Source of the DNA: Gemmatimonadota bacterium
Lineage (GTDB): Bacteria > Gemmatimonadota > Gemmatimonadetes > Longimicrobiales > RSA9
NCBI GenBank assembly: GCA_040905425.1
Contig: JBBDRO010000065.1
Coordinates: 1 to 30,125 of the forward strand
Length of the DNA stretch: 30,125 nt
Direction of reading: 5' to 3'
Shown here: positions 1 to 7,736 of the stretch, one piece after another
Position numbering within the stretch: position 1 is the stretch's first letter
Layout of the letters: each line of letters begins with the position of its first letter
Made by a program: the position numbers and the translations under genes
Notes under the pieces: model-generated
Told to the model about the DNA's origin: nothing
What the model saw: the letters and a program-made list of their open reading frames with translations, nothing else
Database searches by the model: none

Positions 1-80
1 GGGCAGCGTTCTGTTGCAGGGGGAGTACACGAGAGTGCGGTTCGTGGGCGGTGCGGGCGGGCTGCATTCCAACCTGGGCG

Positions 81-109
81 TTGACACGGGCGTTTATCGC
101 CACTAATAT
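81..109 (+). promoter_or_regulatory. sigma70-type promoter of the HTH-hipA operon
   Basis: TTGACA (81-86), 17-nt spacer, TAATAT (104-109), about 40 nt upstream of the ATG at 152. Confidence 0.7.
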
Positions 110-151
110 GGTATGTAGCTGAGTTAGGTACCACTATAGCGGACATTAGAA

Positions 152-502
152 ATGGCCGAGCGGAAGCCGAATCTGCCGATCAAGGTCAAGCGAGCGTTGA
201 GCAAGCTCGGCGCGGACATCCGGGACGCTCGAAAGCGGCGCAAGATTCCCGTGCGTGTGATGGCCGAACGAGCGCTGATGTCGCCTACCACCCTGACCAG
301 GATCGAGAAGGGAGATCCTGGCACGGCCATTGGGTTTTATGCGGCTGTTCTGTTCGTGCTGGATCTGTCCCATCGGCTCGGGGAGATCGTGGATGCTTCG
401 ACAGACGAGCTCGGCCTCAGCCTGGAGGCTGAAGAGCTGCCTGAGCGAATCCGATGGCCGCGGCGTTCTACCCGCGGTCCTTCGCCCGACGATCCATCAT
501 GA
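152..502 (+). CDS. XRE-family HTH protein, probable HipB-like antitoxin
   Basis: LGADIRDARKRRKIPVRVMAERALMSPTTLTRIEKGDPG is a typical HTH_XRE; its stop overlaps the hipA start (ATGA, 499-502). Confidence 0.88.
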   Translation: MAERKPNLPIKVKRALSKLGADIRDARKRRKIPVRVMAERALMSPTTLTRIEKGDPGTAIGFYAAVLFVLDLSHRLGEIVDASTDELGLSLEAEELPERIRWPRRSTRGPSPDDPS

Positions 503-1761
503 GTGCACCGGACGCGCTCGTCCACACAGAACTCGACGGAGTAACCTACGAGGTCGGGAATCTTTGGATCAGAGGAAGCCGCAGGGGGACATTCGGCGCC
601 ACCTTCCAGTATCTGGACGCCTGGCTCGAGAAGAAGGATGCCTTTGCTGTTGACCCGCTCCTGCCACTTGTTTCACCCGGGCCATTTCACAAGGAGCGCC
701 TGTTTGGCGCAATAGCTGACTCGGCGCCGGACCGATGGGGCAAGACCCTCATGGCGCGCGCCGAGCGGTTGCGGGCAAGCCAGGAGAACCGTGCCCCAAG
801 GCACCTCAGGGAGATCGACTACGTTCTCGGCGTATCCGACGTTGCCAGGCAGGGGGCCCTGCGATTCTCCCGTGCGGATGGGGGGGTCTTCCTGGCGGAA
901 GATGCGGAGGCCGCAGTGCCGCCGCTGGTGGACCTGCCCAGCCTGCTTGCGGCCGCGCAAGGATTTCTGGACAACCCTGACAGCGTGGAAGATCTCCGCA
1001 TCCTCCTGGCGCCGGGGTCATCGTTGGGCGGAGCCCGTCCAAAGGCGTCCGTCAGGGACAATGAGGGACAGCTCTCCATCGCGAAGTTTCCCAAGAAGGA
1101 CGATCTCTACTCCGTAGGCGCCTGGGAACACCTTGCTCTTACCATGGCACGAGAGGCGGGAATCCGGGCGGCGGAGTCGGCGCTGCTGTCCGTAGAGGGC
1201 CAGGACATCGTCCTTCTCAACCGGTTTGACCGGGATGGCGAGAGGCGAACGCCCTTTCTCTCCGCGATGAGTCTGCTGGACGGGGTAGATCAGGAGCCCC
1301 GCAGTTATCTGGAGATTGCTGAGGTCATCCGCCGGTTCGGCGCGCAGGCCAGGGCGGATCTATCTGAGCTATGGAGACGGATGCTATTCAACGTCCTGGT
1401 TTCGAACACCGATGACCATCTACGGAATCACGGATTCCTGTATGCCGGCCGCGGCGGGTGGACTCTTTCACCAGCCTACGATCTGAATCCAGTTCCGGTC
1501 GAGGTGAAACCCCGCTTCCTCTCCACTGCCATAGGAGAAGACCCGAATGATACGAGTGCCTCGGTGCTGCTCGCGCTCGAGGTTGTCGAATACTTCGACC
1601 TCGCCGAAGAAGAAGCCCGCTCTATGGCCGTTCAGGTTGCTCAGGTAACAAGGCAATGGGCGGATCGCGCCCAGAGCCTCGGCATCCACGCCACTGAGAT
1701 CGACCTCATGTCTTCCGCATTCAACCACGATGACCTGGCCCTTGCCCTCTCTTTTGAATAG
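499..1761 (+). CDS. hipA: HipA-family Ser/Thr kinase toxin
   Basis: N-terminal DSAPDRWG, P-loop-like SSLGGARPK, catalytic NTDDHLRNHGF and LSPAYD; start placed at ATG 499 (ATGA coupling) rather than 454. Confidence 0.92.
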   Translation: MSAPDALVHTELDGVTYEVGNLWIRGSRRGTFGATFQYLDAWLEKKDAFAVDPLLPLVSPGPFHKERLFGAIADSAPDRWGKTLMARAERLRASQENRAPRHLREIDYVLGVSDVARQGALRFSRADGGVFLAEDAEAAVPPLVDLPSLLAAAQGFLDNPDSVEDLRILLAPGSSLGGARPKASVRDNEGQLSIAKFPKKDDLYSVGAWEHLALTMAREAGIRAAESALLSVEGQDIVLLNRFDRDGERRTPFLSAMSLLDGVDQEPRSYLEIAEVIRRFGAQARADLSELWRRMLFNVLVSNTDDHLRNHGFLYAGRGGWTLSPAYDLNPVPVEVKPRFLSTAIGEDPNDTSASVLLALEVVEYFDLAEEEARSMAVQVAQVTRQWADRAQSLGIHATEIDLMSSAFNHDDLALALSFE

Positions 1762-2186
1762 GCAAAGAGAATGAGCAGGCCGCCGCATACGGTGCTGCCC
1801 ACGGTGATGGGGAGCAGGTAGCGCCAGCGCGGGCCGCTGCCGTCGGGCGCGTCCACGGGGCCGCCGGCCGCGCTGCCGACGCGGCCCGTGAGGCGCCAGA
1901 GCTCTGGAGCGGTGGCGGCAAAGGTGGGCTCGCGGAGCGCCACGTCCAGGTCCAGGAAGCCGCCGGGGTGGTCGGCCAGGTCGCGGAGCAGTTCGGGGCT
2001 CAGCTCCAGCTCCGGAGCGGGGAAGCCCGCGCCCGCGGCGGCGCTCTGCTTGACCAGCGTCCGGAAGATGCCGTTCCGCGTGCCCTTGCCGGTGTAGAAG
2101 ACGTATTCTCGCAGGTTGATGCCCTGCTCCTTCTCCTCCAGAATGGCGCGGATCTGCTGCGTGCGGGACGCCTCGTCCGTGGACAC
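1641..2186 (-). CDS. hypothetical protein, probably 3'-truncated (last ~120 nt overlap hipA)
   Basis: Strong GC3-biased, protein-like frame (VSTDEASRTQQIRAILEEKEQGINLREYVFYTG...RYLLPITVGSTVCGGLLILF) from GTG 2186 down to ~1765; beyond that the frame is just antisense to hipA. Confidence 0.55.
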   Translation of the reverse strand: MSTDEASRTQQIRAILEEKEQGINLREYVFYTGKGTRNGIFRTLVKQSAAAGAGFPAPELELSPELLRDLADHPGGFLDLDVALREPTFAATAPELWRLTGRVGSAAGGPVDAPDGSGPRWRYLLPITVGSTVCGGLLILFAYSKERARARSSWLNAEDMRSISVAWMPRLWARSAHCLVT

Positions 2187-2359
2187 GGTGGGCCAAAATG
2201 TCCCTGCAGCGTGCACGAGGTCAAGATTTCCGTGCCCCGGACGGGCAGGTGGCCGAGCGGGATCGGCGGGGCCCGCGCACGGACGATAACCGTCGACCAC
2301 TCGGATCTTCCGGAGCCAGGGTAGCAGCGGCTCTCCACACGTTGCCCCGGGCCGAGCGC

Positions 2360-2539
2360 GTGTCACCAAACCCGCACGCGCCGGCTCCGATCAGTGCGCG
2401 TGCGGGTTTAGTGCGAATAATTGCCACCGGCCGTGCAACCGCGGCGCCTGCACTCGCGCGTGCGGCTCCTGTTGCAATTATCGCCACCAGAGGCACAACC
2501 GCCGCGGAGATCCGCTCTGCGTGCGGCTTTGATGGCACC
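2360..2539. repeat. composite palindromic element, copy A
   Basis: Perfect 14-bp stem AAACCCGCACGCGC/GCGCGTGCGGGTTT (2368-2409); AT cores GTGCGAATAATTGCCAC (2411) and GTTGCAATTATCGCCAC (2471) are 60 bp apart. Confidence 0.8.
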
Positions 2540-2806
2540 CGCGCCCGCCGCGTCCTGCGCCGCATACACCGCGGCGACCCGTGCTCGCATCCCCATGACC
2601 CAGCCACCTATCGCGCGGCGCTGGTTGAGACGCGCAGCGGACCACGCACGGCGCGGGAGCGTGGATGAGGCGGACGTCGCTTGAGAAGAGTACGGCGGCG
2701 GGTGGATGAGTTGGCTCATCCCACCATTCCTGCGCTCGGAAGGGCGGCCGACCTTTCTGGCATGACTGATGTAGCCTGGCGCGATTGGCTCGTCGTTGAT
2801 CTATCC

Positions 2807-2841
2807 TTGACAAAAGGAAGGATAACCACAAATCTTTCCTT
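2807..2841 (+). promoter_or_regulatory. -35 box plus inverted-repeat operator before the AAA ATPase
   Basis: TTGACA at 2807-2812; AAGGAAGGAT-N8-ATCTTTCCTT inverted repeat ending right before ATG 2842. Confidence 0.5.
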
Positions 2842-4173
2842 ATGAAAAGTAAAGTATCACGGGACCTCCTGCGTCTCAAGCTCGACGAGTCGCTCGCGGC
2901 GCCACTGGCAGTAAAGACGCCGCGTGACATCCGCGTGCCGACGATCGGCGGCAAGGTGCTGGCCGTCATCGGTGTGCGCCGGGGCGGCAAGACCTCCTTT
3001 CTGCAGACGCGCATGGCCGAGCGCGTGGCCGGCGGGCTCGCGCGCGAGTCGCAGCTCCTGGTCTCCCTCGAGGACGAGCGCCTGGTCGGGATGAGCGCTA
3101 CGGAGCTCGGCTGGCTCATCGAGGAGCACACCCGCCGAGTGCCCGGTCTCCGACAAAGCGGGACGCTCAGCCTCTATCTGGACGAGGTGCAGCTCGTCCA
3201 GGGCTGGGAAACGCTCGTGCGGCGCCTCGTGGACGAGGGCGGGATCGAAGTGTTCGTGTCCGGTTCGTCGGCCAAGCTGCTGAGCCGGGAGGTGGCCACG
3301 TCGCTACGTGGCCGGGGCATGGAAGTTCTGGTGCATCCGTTTTCCTTCCGGGAGGCGCTGCGCCACGCCGGCAAGGAGCCCAATGTGGCCTGGGAGCGGT
3401 TGAACACCGTGGAGCGGACAGCGTTGGACGGCTGGCTGCGCGTCTATCTCGAGGAAGGCGGCTTTCCCGAGGCGCAACGGACCGAGCGCCGCGACCGGCT
3501 TGCGCTGCTCAAGGGCTATGTGGACGTGATGGTACTGCGGGACGTGATCGAACGGCACGACCTTTCGAATACGCAGGCGCTGCGATGGCTTCAGCGGCAG
3601 CTCCTGGCCACGCCCGGCGGCAACTTCAGCATGAAGAAGCTCTATGACTCCCTGCGCTCCCAGGGCGTGCCGGTGGCCAAGGACACCCTCTACGCCTACC
3701 TGGACCACCTCCAGGATGCCTTCCTCATCCGCACGGTGAGCATGCGCAGCCGATCCGAACGCCAGCGGATGGCCAATCCACGCAAGGCGTATCCCATCGA
3801 CGCGGGGCTCATTCCGCTCTATGCGCGCGCAGGCCGCGAGCACCAGGGACGGGCCCTCGAAACTGCCGTGCTACTCGAACTGGAGCGGCGCGGATACGCG
3901 GCCGATTGGGTCCGTACCGAGGGCGGCTGGGAGGTCGATTTCCTGGCCGAGCGCGCGGGTGATCCTCCGCTGCTGATCCAGGTGAGCCTGGACACGGCGG
4001 AGGACGCCACCTGGCACCGAGAGGTGCGCGCGCTGGAGGACGCGGCGGGGACGCACCCGGACGCCGAGGCCGTGCTGATCACGCTCGATCCGGCGCCCCC
4101 GCCGCACGATCTGCCCCGGGGCTTGCGGTGGAGCCCGGCGGCGCGGTGGTTGCTGGAGGGGGTGGGCGGATGA
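2842..4173 (+). CDS. AAA+ ATPase with C-terminal DUF4143 (COG1373-like)
   Basis: Walker A GVRRGGKT, Walker B LYLDEVQ, SGSS, GGFPE, and C-terminal LETAVLLEL...EVDFL...LIQVS nuclease-like tail. Confidence 0.9.
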   Translation: MKSKVSRDLLRLKLDESLAAPLAVKTPRDIRVPTIGGKVLAVIGVRRGGKTSFLQTRMAERVAGGLARESQLLVSLEDERLVGMSATELGWLIEEHTRRVPGLRQSGTLSLYLDEVQLVQGWETLVRRLVDEGGIEVFVSGSSAKLLSREVATSLRGRGMEVLVHPFSFREALRHAGKEPNVAWERLNTVERTALDGWLRVYLEEGGFPEAQRTERRDRLALLKGYVDVMVLRDVIERHDLSNTQALRWLQRQLLATPGGNFSMKKLYDSLRSQGVPVAKDTLYAYLDHLQDAFLIRTVSMRSRSERQRMANPRKAYPIDAGLIPLYARAGREHQGRALETAVLLELERRGYAADWVRTEGGWEVDFLAERAGDPPLLIQVSLDTAEDATWHREVRALEDAAGTHPDAEAVLITLDPAPPPHDLPRGLRWSPAARWLLEGVGG

Positions 4174-4353
4174 GGGACGTCGGTAGAGACAGGTGCTGCG
4201 CCTGCATCCGCTCGAAGTAGTGGTCCATACGGCCGAAGGCCGCGCGCGTCTCGGCGTCCATGAGCTCCAATCTAATCCTCAGGAGGCGCACGGCCATAGC
4301 AGGATGGGACGGTCACGTTGTGCACGTGACCGGCCGCCCGGTAAATTGCTTTC

Positions 4354-5811
4354 ATGGCCTTTCGCTGGCATACCCCACCCCCATCCATCCGTACCGCCGC
4401 ACGTGCGCTGGCGGGCATCTTCGCGGGGGTTGCCGTGGTCCTCCCGCCGCTCCGGCTCGTCGGTCTGCTGAGCTGGCCCTGGGCGCTGGTCACGGCGCCG
4501 CTGGCGCTGCTCGGCGCGGTGGCGCTGGGGGTGCTGGCCTGGCGCTGGCTGCGCACCGGAGGCGTGGACGCCTGGCGGCGCTTCCTGCAGGTCATCGGCG
4601 TGGCCAATCTGGCGCCGCCCCATGTGATCGAGGTGCCGCGTGACGCCGTGGGCCCCAAGCACGCCATCCTGGCCGAACATCCAGAGCTGCTGGCCGCGCT
4701 CTGCCTGGGGCTCCGCACCCGTAGCCAGACTTCCAAGGTGCTCGGCCAGCGGGTGGCGGACGGCTGGGCCGTCTTCGAGGCGGTGCTGGCGGGCGCGCCG
4801 GAGAGCTTCGACGAGCTGGCGGACGTGGCCGCGCTCCACATGCGTGCCTATGCGCTCGCCGGCAAGCGGAAGAGCGGCGTCCTGCCCTCGGATTCCCGGG
4901 CCCTCAAGAACGCCGCCGATGCCTTCCGCCGCTGCGCCGCCAAGAACGCAAAGGGCCGTTCCCGCCTGAGCTGTACGTTCGAGCATCTGGTCACCATGTA
5001 CGGCGCCGGTGTGTCCAGCCGGGACGCTCAGCTGCGCAAGGTGGCCCCCCGCGTGCGCGCGCTGCTGCACAGGAAGTATCCGCACCTGGCCGAGCCGCCG
5101 CCGGCGGAGGATGCGCCCGCCGTGGAGCTGGAGAAGCTGCGGCGCCAGCTGGTGCGGCGTGAGGACGAGGCGGCGCGGGCGCGGCGCGAGGCGCTTCGGC
5201 TGCAGGGCAAGCTGGAGGAGGCGCAGAAGCAGCTGGCGGAGGCGGAGGCGGGCCGCAAGAAGCTGAAGGCGGCGGCCCGCGCCACCCGCAACCGGGCGCG
5301 CGCCGAGGCGCGCGAAGAGCAGGCGGCGGAGCTGGCGGAGCTTCGTGAGCAGGTGGAGGCGGAGCGCGCCGAGCGGGCGCGGCAGGCCAGTCGCTTCGAG
5401 GCCGAGCGGGAGCGGATGCAGGCCGCCGCCGAGGCGCTGCAGGCCGACCACGACGCGCTGGAGGCCGCCCTCTTCAAGGGGGAGGAGGAGGCGGAGGAGG
5501 CCAGCGTGGCCGACGTCCTCCTGCCCGGCATGCGCATCCTGCTGGTGGGCGGTCACGACGGCCAGCTGCCGCCCCTGCGCGCCTACCTGGCGGACCGCGG
5601 CGTGCAGCTCGTGCACCAGGACGGCGCCAGCGCCGCCGACCTGGTGGCGGGCATGGACCTGGTGGTCCTCTGGACCCTCTGGGTGAGCCATCCCACGATG
5701 TTCGCCGTGAAGCGGGAGTGCGCCATGCGTGAGGTGCCGGTGGGCTACTGGTCGCGGACATCGCCGGAGAGTCTGCTGGCGCTGGTGGCGGGGACGTTGG
5801 CGGGGCGGTAG
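4354..5811 (+). CDS. membrane-anchored coiled-coil protein with C-terminal DUF2325-like domain (paralog 1)
   Basis: Two N-terminal hydrophobic segments, long E/R/A coiled coil, C-terminal RILLVGGH...DLVVLWTLWVSHPTMFAVKREC; collinear with 12100-13548. Confidence 0.8.
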   Translation: MAFRWHTPPPSIRTAARALAGIFAGVAVVLPPLRLVGLLSWPWALVTAPLALLGAVALGVLAWRWLRTGGVDAWRRFLQVIGVANLAPPHVIEVPRDAVGPKHAILAEHPELLAALCLGLRTRSQTSKVLGQRVADGWAVFEAVLAGAPESFDELADVAALHMRAYALAGKRKSGVLPSDSRALKNAADAFRRCAAKNAKGRSRLSCTFEHLVTMYGAGVSSRDAQLRKVAPRVRALLHRKYPHLAEPPPAEDAPAVELEKLRRQLVRREDEAARARREALRLQGKLEEAQKQLAEAEAGRKKLKAAARATRNRARAEAREEQAAELAELREQVEAERAERARQASRFEAERERMQAAAEALQADHDALEAALFKGEEEAEEASVADVLLPGMRILLVGGHDGQLPPLRAYLADRGVQLVHQDGASAADLVAGMDLVVLWTLWVSHPTMFAVKRECAMREVPVGYWSRTSPESLLALVAGTLAGR

Positions 5812-6104
5812 GGGGTGGGAGGGGTATACGGTCTTGAGCGGGATCATGCCCGCCTTCTTCGACAGGGTCGAAGCTGTCATCCGTGAGATCGTCGTGGCAC
5901 TCGACGAGGCCGGCAAGAGCGGCGCGGGCCATGGGGGAGGCGGGACGAGCATGGAAGGTGATGGGCATCGTCGCTTGAAATGAAGACGTGTCGAGTGGAG
6001 AAGAAAGCGTCAGCCGGCGGGCTGGCCCTTCCCGGTGGTGAGTGAACGGCGGCAAGGGAAGGAGCAGCTGGACTGCTCGGCCGCAAGGGATGTTCTGCCG
6101 CATG

Positions 6105-6142
6105 GTTGAGCCAAAATACTTTATAAAGTATTTTGGCTTAAC
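6105..6142. repeat. AT-rich palindrome, copy 1
   Basis: AGCCAAAATACTTTA|TAAAGTATTTTGGCT is a perfect 30-bp palindrome (6109-6138), extendable to 38 bp with one mismatch. Confidence 0.9.
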
Positions 6143-6280
6143 GGCGCGCCGCATGGTGCCCGGTGCCCGACACTCCCGCAACCACGCCCCCCGCTCCAGC
6201 GCGATGTTCGTTCCCCCGCCTGCCGCAGTGCACCATCCCGCGCTGCTTCCCCCCCACATCGTTCCGACTTGCCCCCCCAC

Positions 6281-6388
6281 CGTAACGAAACGTAACGTTC
6301 GGGCCGGCGGCGGCGCCCGCGGCTTCCGCTACATCCCGCTGGCGGGCAACCGCTTTCCCCTGCCGCCTCCCGGCGGCACGACCCTGGC
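6281..6388 (+). promoter_or_regulatory. putative enhancer plus sigma54 -24/-12 promoter of the response regulator
   Basis: CGTAACG-AAA-CGTAACG at 6281-6297; CGGCACG-ACCC-TGGC at 6374-6388 has correct GG-N10-GC spacing. Confidence 0.55.
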
Positions 6389-6401
6389 CGATGGGCCCAC
6401 C

Positions 6402-7736
6402 ATGCTGAGAATTCTGCTCGTCGAGGATGACGAGGCGGTGCGCCGCTCGCTGGCGGATGCGCTGACCGATGAAGGCGCGGAGGTCCATGCCGTGGCCAGC
6501 GCGGAGGAGGCGCTCGGGCGCGTGGCCGAACTGGCGCCCGACGTGGTCGTGTCGGACATCCGCATGCCGGGCATGGACGGGCTGGAGCTGCTCCGGACGC
6601 TGCGCGAGCGCTGCCCCGCGGTGGACGTGGTGCTGGTGACCGCGTACGACGACATGGGCACGGTGGTGAGCGCCATGCGGGAGGGCGCCTTCGAGTTCCT
6701 GGTGAAGCCGCTGCGCGCGGCCGAGCTGCGGGCGGTGCTGGCGCGTCTGGCGGAGGATCGCCGGGTGCGCGAGACGGCGCGGCTCGGGCAGCAAGCCGAG
6801 GCGGAGGCGCACCGCCTCGAGGGGCTGGTGGGGCGCGATCCGGCCATGATCGATGTCTACAAGCGCGTGGGCCAGCTCGCGGCCAGCCGCGTCAACGCGC
6901 TCATCCGTGGTGAGACCGGCACCGGCAAAGGGATGGTGGCCCGCACCATCCACTACAACTCGCCCGATGCGGCGGAGCCGTTCATTGCGGTGAACTGCAC
7001 CGCCCTGCCCGAGGCGCTCCTCGAGTCGGAGCTCTTCGGCCATGTGCGGGGGGCGTTCACGGGCGCGGTGGCGGATCGTCGAGGGCGCTTCGCGCTGGCG
7101 GGGCGGGGGACCGTCTTCCTGGACGAGGTGGGAGACACCACGCCGGCCTTCCAGGCCAAGCTTCTCAAAGTCATCGAGGAGGGCGAATACTATCCGGTGG
7201 GCGCCGACCGCCCGGAGCAGAGTCGGGCACGGGTCCTGGCCGCCACGCACCGGGACCTGGAGGCCAGGGTGGTGGACGGGAGCTTCCGGCAGGACCTCTA
7301 CTATCGGCTGCGGGTGGTGGAGATCCGGCTGCCGCCCCTCCGGGAGCGGCCGGCGGACATCCCCCTGCTGGCGCGGCACCTGGTGACGGTGGCCAGCACC
7401 GAGCTGCACCGCCAGCCGCCGCGCCTGGGTGAGGAGGCGCTGGCCGTCCTCCTCCAGCATGACTGGCCGGGCAACGTCCGGGAGCTGCAGAACTGCCTCA
7501 CCCGCGCGCTCGTGCTGGCCACGGGCGGCGTGATCCAGCCAGAGCACCTCGGGATCGTGCGCCCGGCGGCCGCGGCGGACGCGCCGTTCGCCACCCTGGA
7601 GGCGGTGGAGGCGGAGCACGTGGCCAGGGCGCTCGCGCTCACGGAGGGCAACCGCACACGGGCGGCGGAGATCCTGGGCATATCCAAGCCGCGCCTCTAC
7701 CGCATGATGGAACGCTTCGGACTGCCGCGCGCATGA
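6402..7736 (+). CDS. sigma54-dependent NtrC-family response regulator (REC-AAA-Fis HTH)
   Basis: MLRILLVEDD, DIRMPGMDG, GETGTGK, GAFTGA, FLDEVG, WPGNVREL and GNRTRAAEILGIS; true start at ATG 6402. Confidence 0.95.
   Translation: MLRILLVEDDEAVRRSLADALTDEGAEVHAVASAEEALGRVAELAPDVVVSDIRMPGMDGLELLRTLRERCPAVDVVLVTAYDDMGTVVSAMREGAFEFLVKPLRAAELRAVLARLAEDRRVRETARLGQQAEAEAHRLEGLVGRDPAMIDVYKRVGQLAASRVNALIRGETGTGKGMVARTIHYNSPDAAEPFIAVNCTALPEALLESELFGHVRGAFTGAVADRRGRFALAGRGTVFLDEVGDTTPAFQAKLLKVIEEGEYYPVGADRPEQSRARVLAATHRDLEARVVDGSFRQDLYYRLRVVEIRLPPLRERPADIPLLARHLVTVASTELHRQPPRLGEEALAVLLQHDWPGNVRELQNCLTRALVLATGGVIQPEHLGIVRPAAAADAPFATLEAVEAEHVARALALTEGNRTRAAEILGISKPRLYRMMERFGLPRA

Noticed and set aside
1..80. 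Possible 3' end of an upstream gene
   Set aside because: Too short to support a call.
2198..2668. ORFs with repeated 'IIAT/IIAI' peptides (also 13952-14362 and 19837-20346)
   Set aside because: They are translations of the palindromic elements, appear on both strands, and lack RBS or codon support.
6105..6142. dif (XerCD) site or intrinsic terminator
   Set aside because: Does not match the XerC/XerD arm layout, and has no GC stem-loop followed by a U-tract.
6042..6401. N-terminal extension of the response regulator, and the similar KPKY(F/L)I(K/R)YFG peptides at 6105 and 26961
   Set aside because: The receiver domain starts at 6402; the peptide similarity is a by-product of the DNA palindrome.
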